DNA of 64,000 nt, from contig OZ241855.1 of assembly GCA_965202785.1 (NCBI GenBank), forward strand, positions 1 through 64,000, read 5' to 3'. The first letter of the stretch is position 1. Each line of letters opens with the position of its first letter. Below, in pieces: positions 19,790 to 30,009 of the stretch. Both the position numbers and the translations under genes were made by a program. The DNA is from Thermodesulfobacteriota bacterium. GTDB lineage: Bacteria > Desulfobacterota_D > UBA1144 > Nemesobacterales > Nemesobacteraceae. The notes beneath the pieces were generated by a model that was given only the letters and a program-made list of their open reading frames with translations, did no database searches and was not told the origin of the DNA.

Positions 19790-21280
19790 ATGGCTGATCA
19801 ACAACACATACAATGGCTTCGAGAAGGTGTTGATTCTTGGAATGCTAGACGTCTGCCAGCCAAGTTCTTCTCTCATCCCAATTTTTTCTTCCCTGATTTC
19901 ATCGGAGCAAACCTTCTTCTTCTACTTCAAGGAGCAGGCTATAAGGTAAGGAAAGTGCTTCCTTCTGGCGAAGGTTTTATCCTTGATGGTATCAACCTAA
20001 ACAGCGGATTTTTTCGAGACGCCCAACTACCATACTTTAGTTTCAGGGGAGCTAACTTTGAAATGGCCCGGTTTGAAAAAGCTTTGCTCTCGTCCACTGA
20101 CTTTAGTAATGCGAATCTGCAGGGTGCTAATTTTACCGATGCGTTCTTTATGGATGCGAATCTGCAGGGCACTGATCTTACCGGTGCTAATTTTACTCGT
20201 GCCAAGCTTGTGGGAGTAGATCTTAGAGGCGCTAACCTTAGAAAAGCAATTCTAGATAGTACAGATCTTACTGGTGCGCAACCTTGGACATCCATTCTCT
20301 TTCCTGACCCACAAGGCCCGGTAACAGCTCCTGACTATCCAAAAGAAGTTAAAAAAATTGGAGACTTGGCCATTATCCGTCAATCTTTCGAGGATCATTA
20401 CAAAAACAGCATGAAGGGAATTTCTTTCAATGATGGATACATGTTTTATTTCCGCGGAGAAGGCAACCATTCTTGGAAACTTAGTCCCTATATAATGCGA
20501 GAAGAAAAAACTGTCTTACGCAACAAGGAAGGTGAGATGTTACTTGATCTGATGTCACAAAGGCCAGAGGATTTCATCGGAGCAACTTCGGCTCTTTCAC
20601 AATGGGTTATAGCACAACATCATGGATTTAAAACCCGGCTCCTTGACATTACACGAAACCCTCTTGTGGCATTGTTCCACGCTTGTGAACATCCCTTAGA
20701 TTCAAGTGGCAAGATATTACATGTTGACGGTATATTACATGTCTTCGTGGTACCGAAAAATATCGTAAAAACATTTGACAGCGACGCGATCAGCGTTGTT
20801 ACGAATTTGGCAAAGCTTCCACGTTCTCAACAAGACAGGCTTATGGGTCAACGGGTAGAGTCTAGCGAACTTACCCCTGAGAAGATTGTTTTTGACCGCA
20901 CAAACAAATATTTCCATATTATGGACCGTCTTTACCACTATATCAGGCAGGAAAAACCGCACTTTAGGGAACAAATTGACATAAAAGATTTTTTCCGTGT
21001 TTTCGTTGTGGAGCCTCAACAATCGTTTGAACGGATCAGAGTACAATCTGGCGCTTTCCTTCTTTCCGCGTTCCACGAACGGTTTGAAACAGAGGAAATT
21101 CTAAAATTTAATAAAAATACACCTGTGTACCATCACTACAAAGTAAATGTGCCTGTTGATAGAAAGGATAAGATTTTAGATGAGTTAAAATTTCTGAACA
21201 TAACACGCGAAGTTCTTTTCCCAGGTCTTGATACGGCCGCCGAGGCAATTCTGAAGCGCTACGAGAAGCGCAATTCTTGA
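19790..21280 (+). CDS. Pentapeptide-repeat + FRG-domain fusion protein
   Basis: A(D/N)(L/F)xx repeats (ANLQGANFTDA, TDLTGANFTRA); FRG motifs YFRGE, AQHHGFKTRLLDITRNPLVALFHAC, RIRVQSGAF, LFPGLD. Confidence 0.9.
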   Translation: MADQQHIQWLREGVDSWNARRLPAKFFSHPNFFFPDFIGANLLLLLQGAGYKVRKVLPSGEGFILDGINLNSGFFRDAQLPYFSFRGANFEMARFEKALLSSTDFSNANLQGANFTDAFFMDANLQGTDLTGANFTRAKLVGVDLRGANLRKAILDSTDLTGAQPWTSILFPDPQGPVTAPDYPKEVKKIGDLAIIRQSFEDHYKNSMKGISFNDGYMFYFRGEGNHSWKLSPYIMREEKTVLRNKEGEMLLDLMSQRPEDFIGATSALSQWVIAQHHGFKTRLLDITRNPLVALFHACEHPLDSSGKILHVDGILHVFVVPKNIVKTFDSDAISVVTNLAKLPRSQQDRLMGQRVESSELTPEKIVFDRTNKYFHIMDRLYHYIRQEKPHFREQIDIKDFFRVFVVEPQQSFERIRVQSGAFLLSAFHERFETEEILKFNKNTPVYHHYKVNVPVDRKDKILDELKFLNITREVLFPGLDTAAEAILKRYEKRNS

Positions 21281-21419
21281 GGTGGAGTGAAGGTTTTTTC
21301 GGCCTGGTTCACAGAAAATTTCTGGTGCTATATTTTTTGAGAGTATGGTCTCCTTTCCTGCAATTGTTTAGCCTCACTTTGTATTATGTCAGTTGTAAAT
21401 GTATAATCAGTTTTCCAGT

Positions 21420-21851
21420 TTAAAGTGTGCTCATTGTTATAAAAATCACAAAAAACAGAACGGCAAACATAAGCACGAGACATCCCGACTTACCAGCATT
21501 CTTGTATTCTAATCTCGGGTTTTCTGGAAGGCTTTTACTTTTGTTTTCTGATCTCCGCCTAGTGCTCTTTTGTGCATCCTCGGCATCAATGAACTTGGTT
21601 ACTAAATTGAATGTCGTCTCAAAATTGAGAATTTCATACCGATCTGTTCGTTTTGCCTTGGAAAACAATGTGGGGAAATTTTGCTTCCATCCTACATAGT
21701 ACTTGAAGCACTGCTTTTCCGTTCCGAAAATCTGTCCATAATGACCACACAGAAGAGCATGAGTAATCCGTTTGCGCTTGCCGTTTACCTCTTTGGCCTT
21801 TGCGATCTGTTCTGGATTCAAGGTCACTAAAATCAATGGGACTCGAACCAT
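21420..21851 (-). CDS. Hypothetical protein with C-terminal membrane anchor
   Basis: SD GAGGAGG; C-term KSGCLVLMFAVLFFVIFITM. Confidence 0.6.
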   Translation of the reverse strand: MVRVPLILVTLNPEQIAKAKEVNGKRKRITHALLCGHYGQIFGTEKQCFKYYVGWKQNFPTLFSKAKRTDRYEILNFETTFNLVTKFIDAEDAQKSTRRRSENKSKSLPENPRLEYKNAGKSGCLVLMFAVLFFVIFITMSTL

Positions 21852-21887
21852 ATTTTCCTTCCTCCTCGTGTTGTCTTGATCGTCGCT

Positions 21888-23135
21888 TTAGAAATAAGGA
21901 TAACGTTCTTGGTCAGAGTAAAGTACAGGCTCTTGTACCAGATCCGCAATTTCGATCGAGGTCGAAATAAGGGAATCCAAAACCATTTCAATTTTAGAGT
22001 AATCGTATTCGGGTTCTCGTCTCCTCAGGCTTAGAAATTTTCGCTTGTAGGAATCCTTATGCAGCAATTTTCCTTGATACGATTTCGTCGAGTCTTTGTA
22101 GTTTTTCCAGTCCACAATCGGAGGGTTGTCTTGCTTCCAATGCAAGTCTAGATAACACTCAATAGCTGCAGCGCATCCATTAATATCCGCCTTCCATTTG
22201 CCGCATGGACCAATCGTATTAAACTCCCTTAGCGACTCACAATCAGGGAGCTTTAATATTCTCATATTCTTCGGAATGTCGAGTCTGGAAGTCCTTTCGT
22301 AATTTTCTACCCCTTCGGCGTCGTTGTCGTAGATCACAATAATATTGTTTTCGATTTCTATGCTCACTAAACCCTGACAGAAGCGATATAAGTTTCCTGT
22401 GCCAGTAAACGGATACCCTTCCTCCATGTCAACAAAGTAGAAAAAATCTGCGACTTCCGGTCTTAGTAAATTAAATGCATGTCGAATCACTCTGGCATCC
22501 GAACTGCCCTCAGTAACAATCAGAAATTTACGATTGGTGGTTCCTAGGTTGTTGATAATATTTTCACGTTCTACCCATTCACTCTCGACAACACCGGTGA
22601 ATGCCCAACTTACATCGCGAGTCGCAGTATCTGCATTTTCAGCAAGCAATCTCAGTTTTACATACGGGTGTAAGTTCCCAATAAACTCCATGAAATAGTG
22701 ATAAGCAGAGGGGACGTCACAATCAGGAAATTGCAGTTCCAGATGGTTTACGATTTGTTCGAAAAAGGATTCTTCAGGATCAAAGTCGCCGTAGCAGATA
22801 TTAGTCAGGTGTTCAATGTCTGCTCTTTTTAGGATTTCGGCAAAAACTTCAAATAATGAAACTTCCATTCCTTCTCTGATCGCAAGCGATTTAATTAGTC
22901 TCATTGCTGCACACAACGTGTAGCCCATCAACTCCAATCTGCCAACAATCTTGGACAGAGGTCGTGTTACCCCTTCTTTCATCTGGGTGATGATTTCACC
23001 TTCGTTGTCAGCATATTCGTAGGCTATCTGAGCCAAATCACCCCTTTGAAACAGGCATCCATGCATCATAAAAAGATCATCTTCCCCACAATCGATTTCT
23101 AAATCTCCAACAGCTAAATAAATTATTGAATTCAT
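21888..23135 (-). CDS. HEPN/Toprim-associated N-terminal domain + Toprim (OLD-like) domain protein
   Basis: N-term HGCLFQ..D, RPL..I..RLELMGYT; Toprim IVTEGSSD and YDNDAEG. Confidence 0.75.
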   Translation of the reverse strand: MNSIIYLAVGDLEIDCGEDDLFMMHGCLFQRGDLAQIAYEYADNEGEIITQMKEGVTRPLSKIVGRLELMGYTLCAAMRLIKSLAIREGMEVSLFEVFAEILKRADIEHLTNICYGDFDPEESFFEQIVNHLELQFPDCDVPSAYHYFMEFIGNLHPYVKLRLLAENADTATRDVSWAFTGVVESEWVERENIINNLGTTNRKFLIVTEGSSDARVIRHAFNLLRPEVADFFYFVDMEEGYPFTGTGNLYRFCQGLVSIEIENNIIVIYDNDAEGVENYERTSRLDIPKNMRILKLPDCESLREFNTIGPCGKWKADINGCAAAIECYLDLHWKQDNPPIVDWKNYKDSTKSYQGKLLHKDSYKRKFLSLRRREPEYDYSKIEMVLDSLISTSIEIADLVQEPVLYSDQERYPYF

Positions 23136-23268
23136 TGAGCAAACCTTATCCTAGACATTTCTTAAAAAGAACTACGTAGAGGCAATAGAAAAAATCATTA
23201 AATACTCTTGTTATGTTATCTTCATGGCGAGAAGGGGTAGATACACGCTAGCACCAGTATAATACAGC

Positions 23269-23291
23269 GGGAATTATATAGATAACTAGAC
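23269..23291 (+). repeat. Terminal-repeat-like motif copy 1 (GGGAATTATATAGATAACTAGAC)
   Basis: Matches copies at 35424, 36223, 37136, 43970, 44496(-), 58354(-); its TAG ends a decayed hydrophobic minus-strand ORF. Confidence 0.65.
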
Positions 23292-23694
23292 AAATATACA
23301 TAAAACGTGGGGTTGGTTTGTGAAGAAACTTTCACCAAAAATTAAGAAGGCAAATCCTATAAGAATCATCTCCCAAGTGCTTATATCTCCGCTTACTTCC
23401 CTTCTGTAGAAGAAACTACTAATTACCGAAAAATAGAAGAAATTCCAGAAATAAGATTAATGAGGAAGAAAAGATTAGGGTTTCGAGGACATAAAAATTC
23501 TTAAACTCAAATTTGCGAAAAAATTGCTAGTGCCGACTTTTGAGTACTACGGTCTTTTCCCGTATAATATTAGGTTTATATTACTCTAGAACTACCCGTA
23601 AACTGATAATACGCTCTGCTAAATTTTCTGCAAGACAAAAAGGAGTGTCAAAATCCAATGAAGCCTTATAACTCCTACCGTATGGCGGTGTACT

Positions 23695-26600
23695 TTGGAT
23701 AAGATTCGCATCCACAAAGAGGAAATGCCTGCCTACCTCGACAAAGAGGTATCCTCAGCAGATCGGGACAAGTTTGGCCACACACATCTTGCAGATGCAC
23801 TCCGTGGACTCATTGAGAATGAGAAACACCGCCCACCCTATTCGGTTGGGCTGCTTGGCAAATGGGGAACTGGCAAATCCACTGTTAAAGAAATATATCT
23901 CCATGATCTGAAAAATGACGAAATCAAAAATGGGGATGGTATCAAGCGCCGGGACCGCGTCTATACGATCACATTTAATGCATGGAAGTATGGCGGCGAA
24001 ACTGATATCAGGAAATCTCTTTTCCGCCACATATTCCTAAATATTGGCGGTAAGCATGAGGAAGTCGATCGGTATCTGTTTAAGACCGTAAAGTCAACAG
24101 AGTTCCAAAAAAAGTCCTTCAGCGAAATATGTACCGAATTTACTGATCACGTACCAGGGCTTCTAATTGTCGGTTTCTTCGTTTTACTGTTCTCCGCCCT
24201 AGTGACCCTAATGGCATGGGCTTTCGGATATGAAGATCCGATTACTGCATCTGTCGCCCTTGTGTCATCTGCTGGCATTGTAGCTTTGCTAGTCCAGAAA
24301 TTCTTTTCAAACCTTATGCTATTGTCGGCACGCAAACCTATGCATATAACTTCTCCTCCAAGTCAGACTATTGAGGAACTAGAAAGCCTTTTTCTTGCTC
24401 AGATGAAAAAATTTAAAAAAGGGGGCATTTGTTCCAATAAGGGCAAGAATGTCCAACGAATCGTTGTCTTCGTTGATGACCTTGACCGCCTTACGGCCGA
24501 CGAGATGGTGAGTGGCCTTGATGGTATCCGCAGCCTCATCGAGATGGCTTCACATGAAATGCCTGATGATACCGGCATAGTTTTTGTTATCTCATGTGAC
24601 GAAGAACGTGTGGCTGATGTGTTAAGCAAGCGCCGTGCTTATGGTGAACTTTCAGCTAACGTATCGAACATTCAGGATGCGCGACGCTACCTGGACCGCA
24701 TTTTCCAGTTTCGTCTGGAAATTCCGCCGTTTCCAAAACGGGATATGCGAAATTTTGTGCTGAGCTTAGTAGAAACGGAATATCCCGCATTGCAGGCTGA
24801 CTTTGAGCAAAGAAAAATTGATAACACAGAATTAGTGGACAGGATGATTCATCCTGCGGTTCGAAGTCCTCGTAACGCCATTCAGATACTCAACCTGTTT
24901 GCCCAAAGTTGGTGGCTTGGTGTCTTGCGTGAATACAAGGCTGTAGGCTCTGAAAATCCTGGTGGCCTTGGGGAAGGCGTTATCACAAGTCACCCACTCA
25001 CTCTTGCCATTGTCTGCGTTATCAGAACAGATTTTCCAGACTTTCATCAGGCACTCCAAAGGAATCCGCGCATCTTTGATTATTTCATTGACAGATTTAT
25101 TCGTCCTGAACCACTGCAAGCACTTCCTGCAGAGATCCACGAAGAGTTAGCAGTCTTTGCAGATTTTCCAGATGAGCAGCCCAAGGAAGGTCGTTGGGAG
25201 GTAAAACCACAGCATCGTGGGCTTCGACAATTCATGTCGTACACACAAGACGTTCGTCGTCCGTATAGTCTTCAACCATTTCTGGCATTATCACAAGACT
25301 CGGTATCCAGAAAACATGGGGACAAGGCGGTACCTATTGAAGAGGCCCTTAGAACCTCGGATTCTATAGCACTTTTGGATGCGGTTGGACTAACTGGCAG
25401 TGCTGAGCCACTACCTTCTGATTTTGGAACTTTGCTTGCTGATCTCATTGACGACCTGAGGACCGAGACACCGACTATCCAAGACAATGTTGCCTTTACG
25501 GTTGCACAACTTGACCAGAGGATTCCAGAGAAGGACAAGCGGCGCATCCTCGGGTTTGTCATACGCCGCGCCGGAGACAGCGAAGATTTACGCTGGCGCG
25601 TAGGACCGTCCAAGTTGCAAACCCTTGCCTCATATGCGGAAAAAGAGGAATTGCAAGTGCTCGGACGTTCGCTGATCGAGGATATTGCCTCGGACGAAAC
25701 AAAAGTACTTCTTCCAAGTTTGGAGCGTCCTAACTTGCGCGAAGGCCGAAATTTGACCGAAACCACTGCCTCGATGATTCTGGAAATCATGGAAAAGACC
25801 GAACTGCTCCCGTTAACTAGTCAACAATTGGCTGATTGGCTGTTAGACAGGGCGGTCAAAATTTCGGGGCAATCAGACCAGATTCCATTAACTTGGCTTG
25901 AGGAAAAACTGCTGGCGCACGAAAATATTGTGCTTCCGATGATCCGCAACGATTATCCACGCATTATTGCGGAAGAACTCAGCCGGGAGCAACCAGAACA
26001 ACTTGACTTGGCCGTTATAACTGATCGTGTAGGCAGGGTGTTTGACTACTTCTTTGAGCAAGGAGCGCAAACACGGGTAAAACTGTGGGACTACCTAAAG
26101 AGTTTTGCTAGTCTTCGTCAGTCATCGTTAGTAGCTCTTGCTTCCTCGAAGTTTGCCCAATGGCGTGACGATGTTGACGAGGGCCCCGCAGATGAAATTT
26201 TTGAGGTTCTGGGCACACGTCTTATCAAAAATGAGGAAGATGCTGACACATGGCCACTTGACAATGAGGAAGAGACACTCCGCGACATATTCGTTGACCT
26301 TGCGGAGGCACTGGAGCCGTTCAGTGACAATGGTGTATCTAACATGGTTCGTCTGGCGCAGGACTGGTCGAACACACCTGTACGGTCCGGGAGCGCAGCA
26401 CGGATTTATTCCGTCATTGAGGAAGTTGACCCTGACCAGTGGGCGACCCTGAACACGCAGTGGACGGGGAGGCTGTTTGCGGATTTGCCGGAAGCATGCC
26501 AGAAAGTACTGATCGCCGCCGCCAATCAAGAAGATGCGTCAGAGGAACTGCGTATGGAATTGGCTTCCAGTATTGCATCCCTACGCGGTCCAATTGAGTT

Positions 26601-27813
26601 TGACAACCACAAAATTGCGTCGCTTTCGCGGATACTTCACTTACTCGACAAATCCTTACTGCACGCCAGCCCGTTTGCCGAACAGATTGAAGAGTTCATT
26701 AATGACACGATAAGTCTAATAACGCAAAGTCCGGATAGCTCCGCTATCTTGAAGGTTCGAACTCTTGGAGATAACTTGGATAAGTTGCCCGTCGAGAAAG
26801 CACATCAACTGCTCGATTCCTTGAGCAACATAGTGTGGGATATTATCCCCAGCGTGTATAAAGAATTTAGCGAGAAATGGCCTATGCCAGCATCGGAAGG
26901 TGGTATCGACTTTGCGGCTCAGAATCTCTTCGATGCAGGTATAAACGCATTTGATAATTTAGAGCAATCTGAAGAGGCTGTACAACTTTTAAAAAGTCTT
27001 GATAGCCTGCATCGGCGTGCACGTTTGGATCAAGAAGATAACCAGAATAATCTTGTCCATAGAGCCTGTGGGTTTTGGTCATACGCTCCAGAGACCGCCG
27101 AGAATATTGTCGGCCAATACCCTGACGCAAGGCGTACACCTGAACTGCTCTCAGGCTTGGCAGAGCAGGTTTCCGAGATCAGCACAGGTGACGGTGACAA
27201 TAGGGAGCAATTACTGGAATTCCTCGTTTGTGAAGTCGGTCACGCCGACGCGGAAGATATCCAAGAGGTGACAACTAGGCTTCTTTCGGAGCGACCGCAG
27301 GAAATCGATGATTCGCCGGATCCAGTCCTTGCGTTATGGGTTGCCGCGGTGTCACGCCTTGATCCTCAAATACTGGTCGATACACTCGTCAGCAACGAAT
27401 ACATTAATGATGATCAGGCTGCCCACCTCTATAACCACGTCTTAAATAATTTGGAGCATATCTCCGATGAGCACTTCTTCGAAATTCTCAGGGGGACCCT
27501 TTCTACAGCGGACGGCAGAGAAAAGACAGCGGATGTGGTAGTGAGATCAATTGGGAACGTCGCAGACCGACTGCTGACCTCAGATGGTCAGAAGCGTAGG
27601 CTTTGCGAAGCTGCACTTTCTGTTTTCTCGCAAATACCGAACCGCGAGAGAAAAGCGAACTTAGCAAAAATATGTACACCGTTTGAACTTAAGAACGTAA
27701 TTGTGGATGGAGAATATAAGAACCATATATCGGAAGACGACTTAGAAATAATTGAGGGTTTCACGGGGAAGATTTCTAAAAAAGGAGTATTTGGAAGAGA
27801 TTTAGAGGAATAA
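23695..27813 (+). CDS. KAP-family P-loop NTPase with two TM helices and ~900-aa C-terminal extension
   Basis: Walker A GKWGTGKST, FNAWKY, TM hairpin, Walker B VVFVDDLDRL, YLDRIFQ, SPRNA. Confidence 0.9.
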   Translation: MDKIRIHKEEMPAYLDKEVSSADRDKFGHTHLADALRGLIENEKHRPPYSVGLLGKWGTGKSTVKEIYLHDLKNDEIKNGDGIKRRDRVYTITFNAWKYGGETDIRKSLFRHIFLNIGGKHEEVDRYLFKTVKSTEFQKKSFSEICTEFTDHVPGLLIVGFFVLLFSALVTLMAWAFGYEDPITASVALVSSAGIVALLVQKFFSNLMLLSARKPMHITSPPSQTIEELESLFLAQMKKFKKGGICSNKGKNVQRIVVFVDDLDRLTADEMVSGLDGIRSLIEMASHEMPDDTGIVFVISCDEERVADVLSKRRAYGELSANVSNIQDARRYLDRIFQFRLEIPPFPKRDMRNFVLSLVETEYPALQADFEQRKIDNTELVDRMIHPAVRSPRNAIQILNLFAQSWWLGVLREYKAVGSENPGGLGEGVITSHPLTLAIVCVIRTDFPDFHQALQRNPRIFDYFIDRFIRPEPLQALPAEIHEELAVFADFPDEQPKEGRWEVKPQHRGLRQFMSYTQDVRRPYSLQPFLALSQDSVSRKHGDKAVPIEEALRTSDSIALLDAVGLTGSAEPLPSDFGTLLADLIDDLRTETPTIQDNVAFTVAQLDQRIPEKDKRRILGFVIRRAGDSEDLRWRVGPSKLQTLASYAEKEELQVLGRSLIEDIASDETKVLLPSLERPNLREGRNLTETTASMILEIMEKTELLPLTSQQLADWLLDRAVKISGQSDQIPLTWLEEKLLAHENIVLPMIRNDYPRIIAEELSREQPEQLDLAVITDRVGRVFDYFFEQGAQTRVKLWDYLKSFASLRQSSLVALASSKFAQWRDDVDEGPADEIFEVLGTRLIKNEEDADTWPLDNEEETLRDIFVDLAEALEPFSDNGVSNMVRLAQDWSNTPVRSGSAARIYSVIEEVDPDQWATLNTQWTGRLFADLPEACQKVLIAAANQEDASEELRMELASSIASLRGPIEFDNHKIASLSRILHLLDKSLLHASPFAEQIEEFINDTISLITQSPDSSAILKVRTLGDNLDKLPVEKAHQLLDSLSNIVWDIIPSVYKEFSEKWPMPASEGGIDFAAQNLFDAGINAFDNLEQSEEAVQLLKSLDSLHRRARLDQEDNQNNLVHRACGFWSYAPETAENIVGQYPDARRTPELLSGLAEQVSEISTGDGDNREQLLEFLVCEVGHADAEDIQEVTTRLLSERPQEIDDSPDPVLALWVAAVSRLDPQILVDTLVSNEYINDDQAAHLYNHVLNNLEHISDEHFFEILRGTLSTADGREKTADVVVRSIGNVADRLLTSDGQKRRLCEAALSVFSQIPNRERKANLAKICTPFELKNVIVDGEYKNHISEDDLEIIEGFTGKISKKGVFGRDLEE

Positions 27814-27877
27814 AAGAGACGGGAAAAACGGTGAAAACGGGAATTTTGGGATTGGAGAAGGAAAAACTCTTAGATTT

Positions 27878-28537
27878 TCATTGAGATATCTTGATTCCCA
27901 TATAAAACACTTCCGTCTTTTCTTTCTTTTCCGTTGCCGACTCCCCAGCGAGAATTTCTTTTTCCGGTTCTCGCTTTTGTAAAACGGCTTTCGGTACTTC
28001 CGACATAGTAACAGGTGTAGGCACCTCTTTAGAACTAAAGAAAGCAACGAAAAGAAAAAGTGCTAAGACTATAGCAAGGAATATGACCCACCCCTTTTTT
28101 CTGAGTCTGGGTTTCCTCAACTTGAAAACACGCTTGTAGCCTATTTTCCTGCGTTTACGTTTCCTAAACTTGGATAACTCGGCCAGAACCTGCCCTCTCA
28201 AGTCTCTGTCGCCCCCTCCCCATGTCTGAATCAAGTGGTCATAGTAGCCATGCTCACGATACCATCTGATCTTCTTGGCAATGTATTGTCGGTAAGAGTA
28301 ATCATCAACCATTCCCCAGTGTTCCCAGTAATACTGTTCGCCATTGATAAAGAGAGTAAAGTCTGGGTAGCGGAAAGAACCATCCCAGCTAGACAGTTCC
28401 CTTTCATACTCGAAGGAAACACCCTCCGAAGTAAGAAGATTGGCAATAAACCTCTCTTGCTTGCTCCGAACCATATCGCCGGAAACGGCACGATAAACCT
28501 TCCCCGATTCCCAGTTCTCCGTTTCCAATAAACTCAT
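27878..28537 (-). CDS. Predicted PD-(D/E)XK/Vsr-like nuclease domain with C-terminal TM helix
   Basis: RSKQERFIANLL..FEYE..YPDFT..YWEHWG; basic linker; WVIFLAIVLALFLFVAFF. Confidence 0.65.
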   Translation of the reverse strand: MSLLETENWESGKVYRAVSGDMVRSKQERFIANLLTSEGVSFEYERELSSWDGSFRYPDFTLFINGEQYYWEHWGMVDDYSYRQYIAKKIRWYREHGYYDHLIQTWGGGDRDLRGQVLAELSKFRKRKRRKIGYKRVFKLRKPRLRKKGWVIFLAIVLALFLFVAFFSSKEVPTPVTMSEVPKAVLQKREPEKEILAGESATEKKEKTEVFYMGIKISQ

Positions 28538-28714
28538 TTCGTTCTCTCTTTATGCCCTACCGGAAAACATTATGAAGAAACCATGCGGTCATGTAGCCCG
28601 CAATTTCCATATCAAGCATTTTCAATTGTCTCGGTCAATAAAGTCAATCACTGTTTCTCCAGGAAAACGCATCGACAGTATATTGTTCCTACACCAACAA
28701 AATCAATTGGCAAT

Positions 28715-28864
28715 TTGCAGGAACGAAAAATCTCCCAGCGCCGCTTGGCCACTATAGCTGAGGTAAGTTAACCGACGGTCTCGCGCTTTGAGCAGCAAAA
28801 GCAAGATATTCAGCTGTCAAGCGCTATTAAAATCCTTGATGTCCTGGGATTGATGGAGAAATAA
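28715..28864 (+). pseudogene. XRE-family HTH regulator remnant with internal stop
   Basis: LQERKISQRRLATIAEVS*PTVSRFEQQKQDIQLSSAIKILDVLGL; TAA at 28769 inside the HTH. Confidence 0.75.
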
Positions 28865-28937
28865 GGGACCTGTCTTTGCGGACTTGAATCTGCAAAGAAC
28901 TCGGAGCGCTATCCCAAGTCCTGTTTATTGAGTAAAG

Positions 28938-29206
28938 AGTTGCCCGGGCAAGGAAGCTGGTCCTTCAGGGAAATGGTGTTCGCGGCGTAGGGAATATCAA
29001 CTCCTTTTTTTCTGGGAGTATATCCTGAGCTTTCAGAGCAGTTCGGCTACCCTCTCGCGCCCAGAGTTCTCAATCACGTATTCAAGCGATTCGATCCACT
29101 CCCGGTTTTCAGCTTCTTCTTCCGATACTTGAGGATCTTCTTCCATTATACGTATAAAACGCAACGAAGCGGGGCTGCGGAGGAACTGCAACATGAAAAA
29201 CCACAT
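28938..29206 (-). pseudogene. Decayed copy of aceE 5' end and upstream ~60 bp (direct repeat of ~19019-19303)
   Basis: MEEDPQVSEEEAENREWIESLEYVIENSGRER...; T7 vs T6 frameshift and a 15-bp deletion between gtgttc repeats. Confidence 0.92.
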
Positions 29207-29313
29207 TAGACGGTCGCTACTATGACCTGATCAACTATGTGATGTCGGAACTTGCTGTGTGTCTTCAGCCTGTGAAGTCCATTGCCCTAATTCCAAGAAA
29301 TCACAAGAACTTC

Positions 29314-29910
29314 TCACCGATTTAGACTCTTGATCTTATCGGTGATTGCCTCAGTCAACGCAACAAACTTGCGTGCATCATCAGCTGATATCTCAGTAAT
29401 TTCTCTTGAAGGATGAGCGGCTGCATTCCTCAGACGCCGCATTCGTTCGAGTAGACCACAGTTGTCAGCATCAAGATATCCCTCCTTGTGAAGGAGTTGG
29501 GTGTTCTTGATTGCTGAATTGTACGGAGGGTAATCCGGCGAGATGGCTAACCTCATTACGGCTTGCATCAATTCTTGCTCCACCGCCGTCCAAGCTAAAA
29601 TGATGGCAGACCCCTGAAGTTCGGATGCGAGGCGCATTGCGTCGGCAATAATCTGCGCCGAATCCTGTATGTCCGGTTTTTCCCGAGACACATCTTTCGA
29701 AATATCCAAGCCTGCGGCTTTGGCCTTATTTCTGAGTTCTAGTACCTCCCGGCCGAAATTGATTTCTACATCACCATATCGAAATTGTGTGAGACTTCCA
29801 AGAAGAACTCGCAATGGTCCCCGAAGAATAAGCACCAGCAACAAAACTGCAACTGGCCAAGCAAGAGAGTCGATGATCGACGCGATGAATTTCAGATAGC
29901 CCATACCCAT
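29314..29910 (-). CDS. Membrane-anchored HEPN-like (RxxxxH) protein
   Basis: N-term TM LAWPVAVLLLVLIL; AWTAVE; RRLRNAAAH motif near C-terminus. Confidence 0.65.
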   Translation of the reverse strand: MGMGYLKFIASIIDSLAWPVAVLLLVLILRGPLRVLLGSLTQFRYGDVEINFGREVLELRNKAKAAGLDISKDVSREKPDIQDSAQIIADAMRLASELQGSAIILAWTAVEQELMQAVMRLAISPDYPPYNSAIKNTQLLHKEGYLDADNCGLLERMRRLRNAAAHPSREITEISADDARKFVALTEAITDKIKSLNR

Positions 29911-30009
29911 GATCTATTCAAGGTTTTGAAAAACTCTTTTTTCTAAAAAGCGAATGTTTCTTCATGAACCCAGCAACACATCTCACACCGAAACCTAAAC
30001 CAACCCCCT

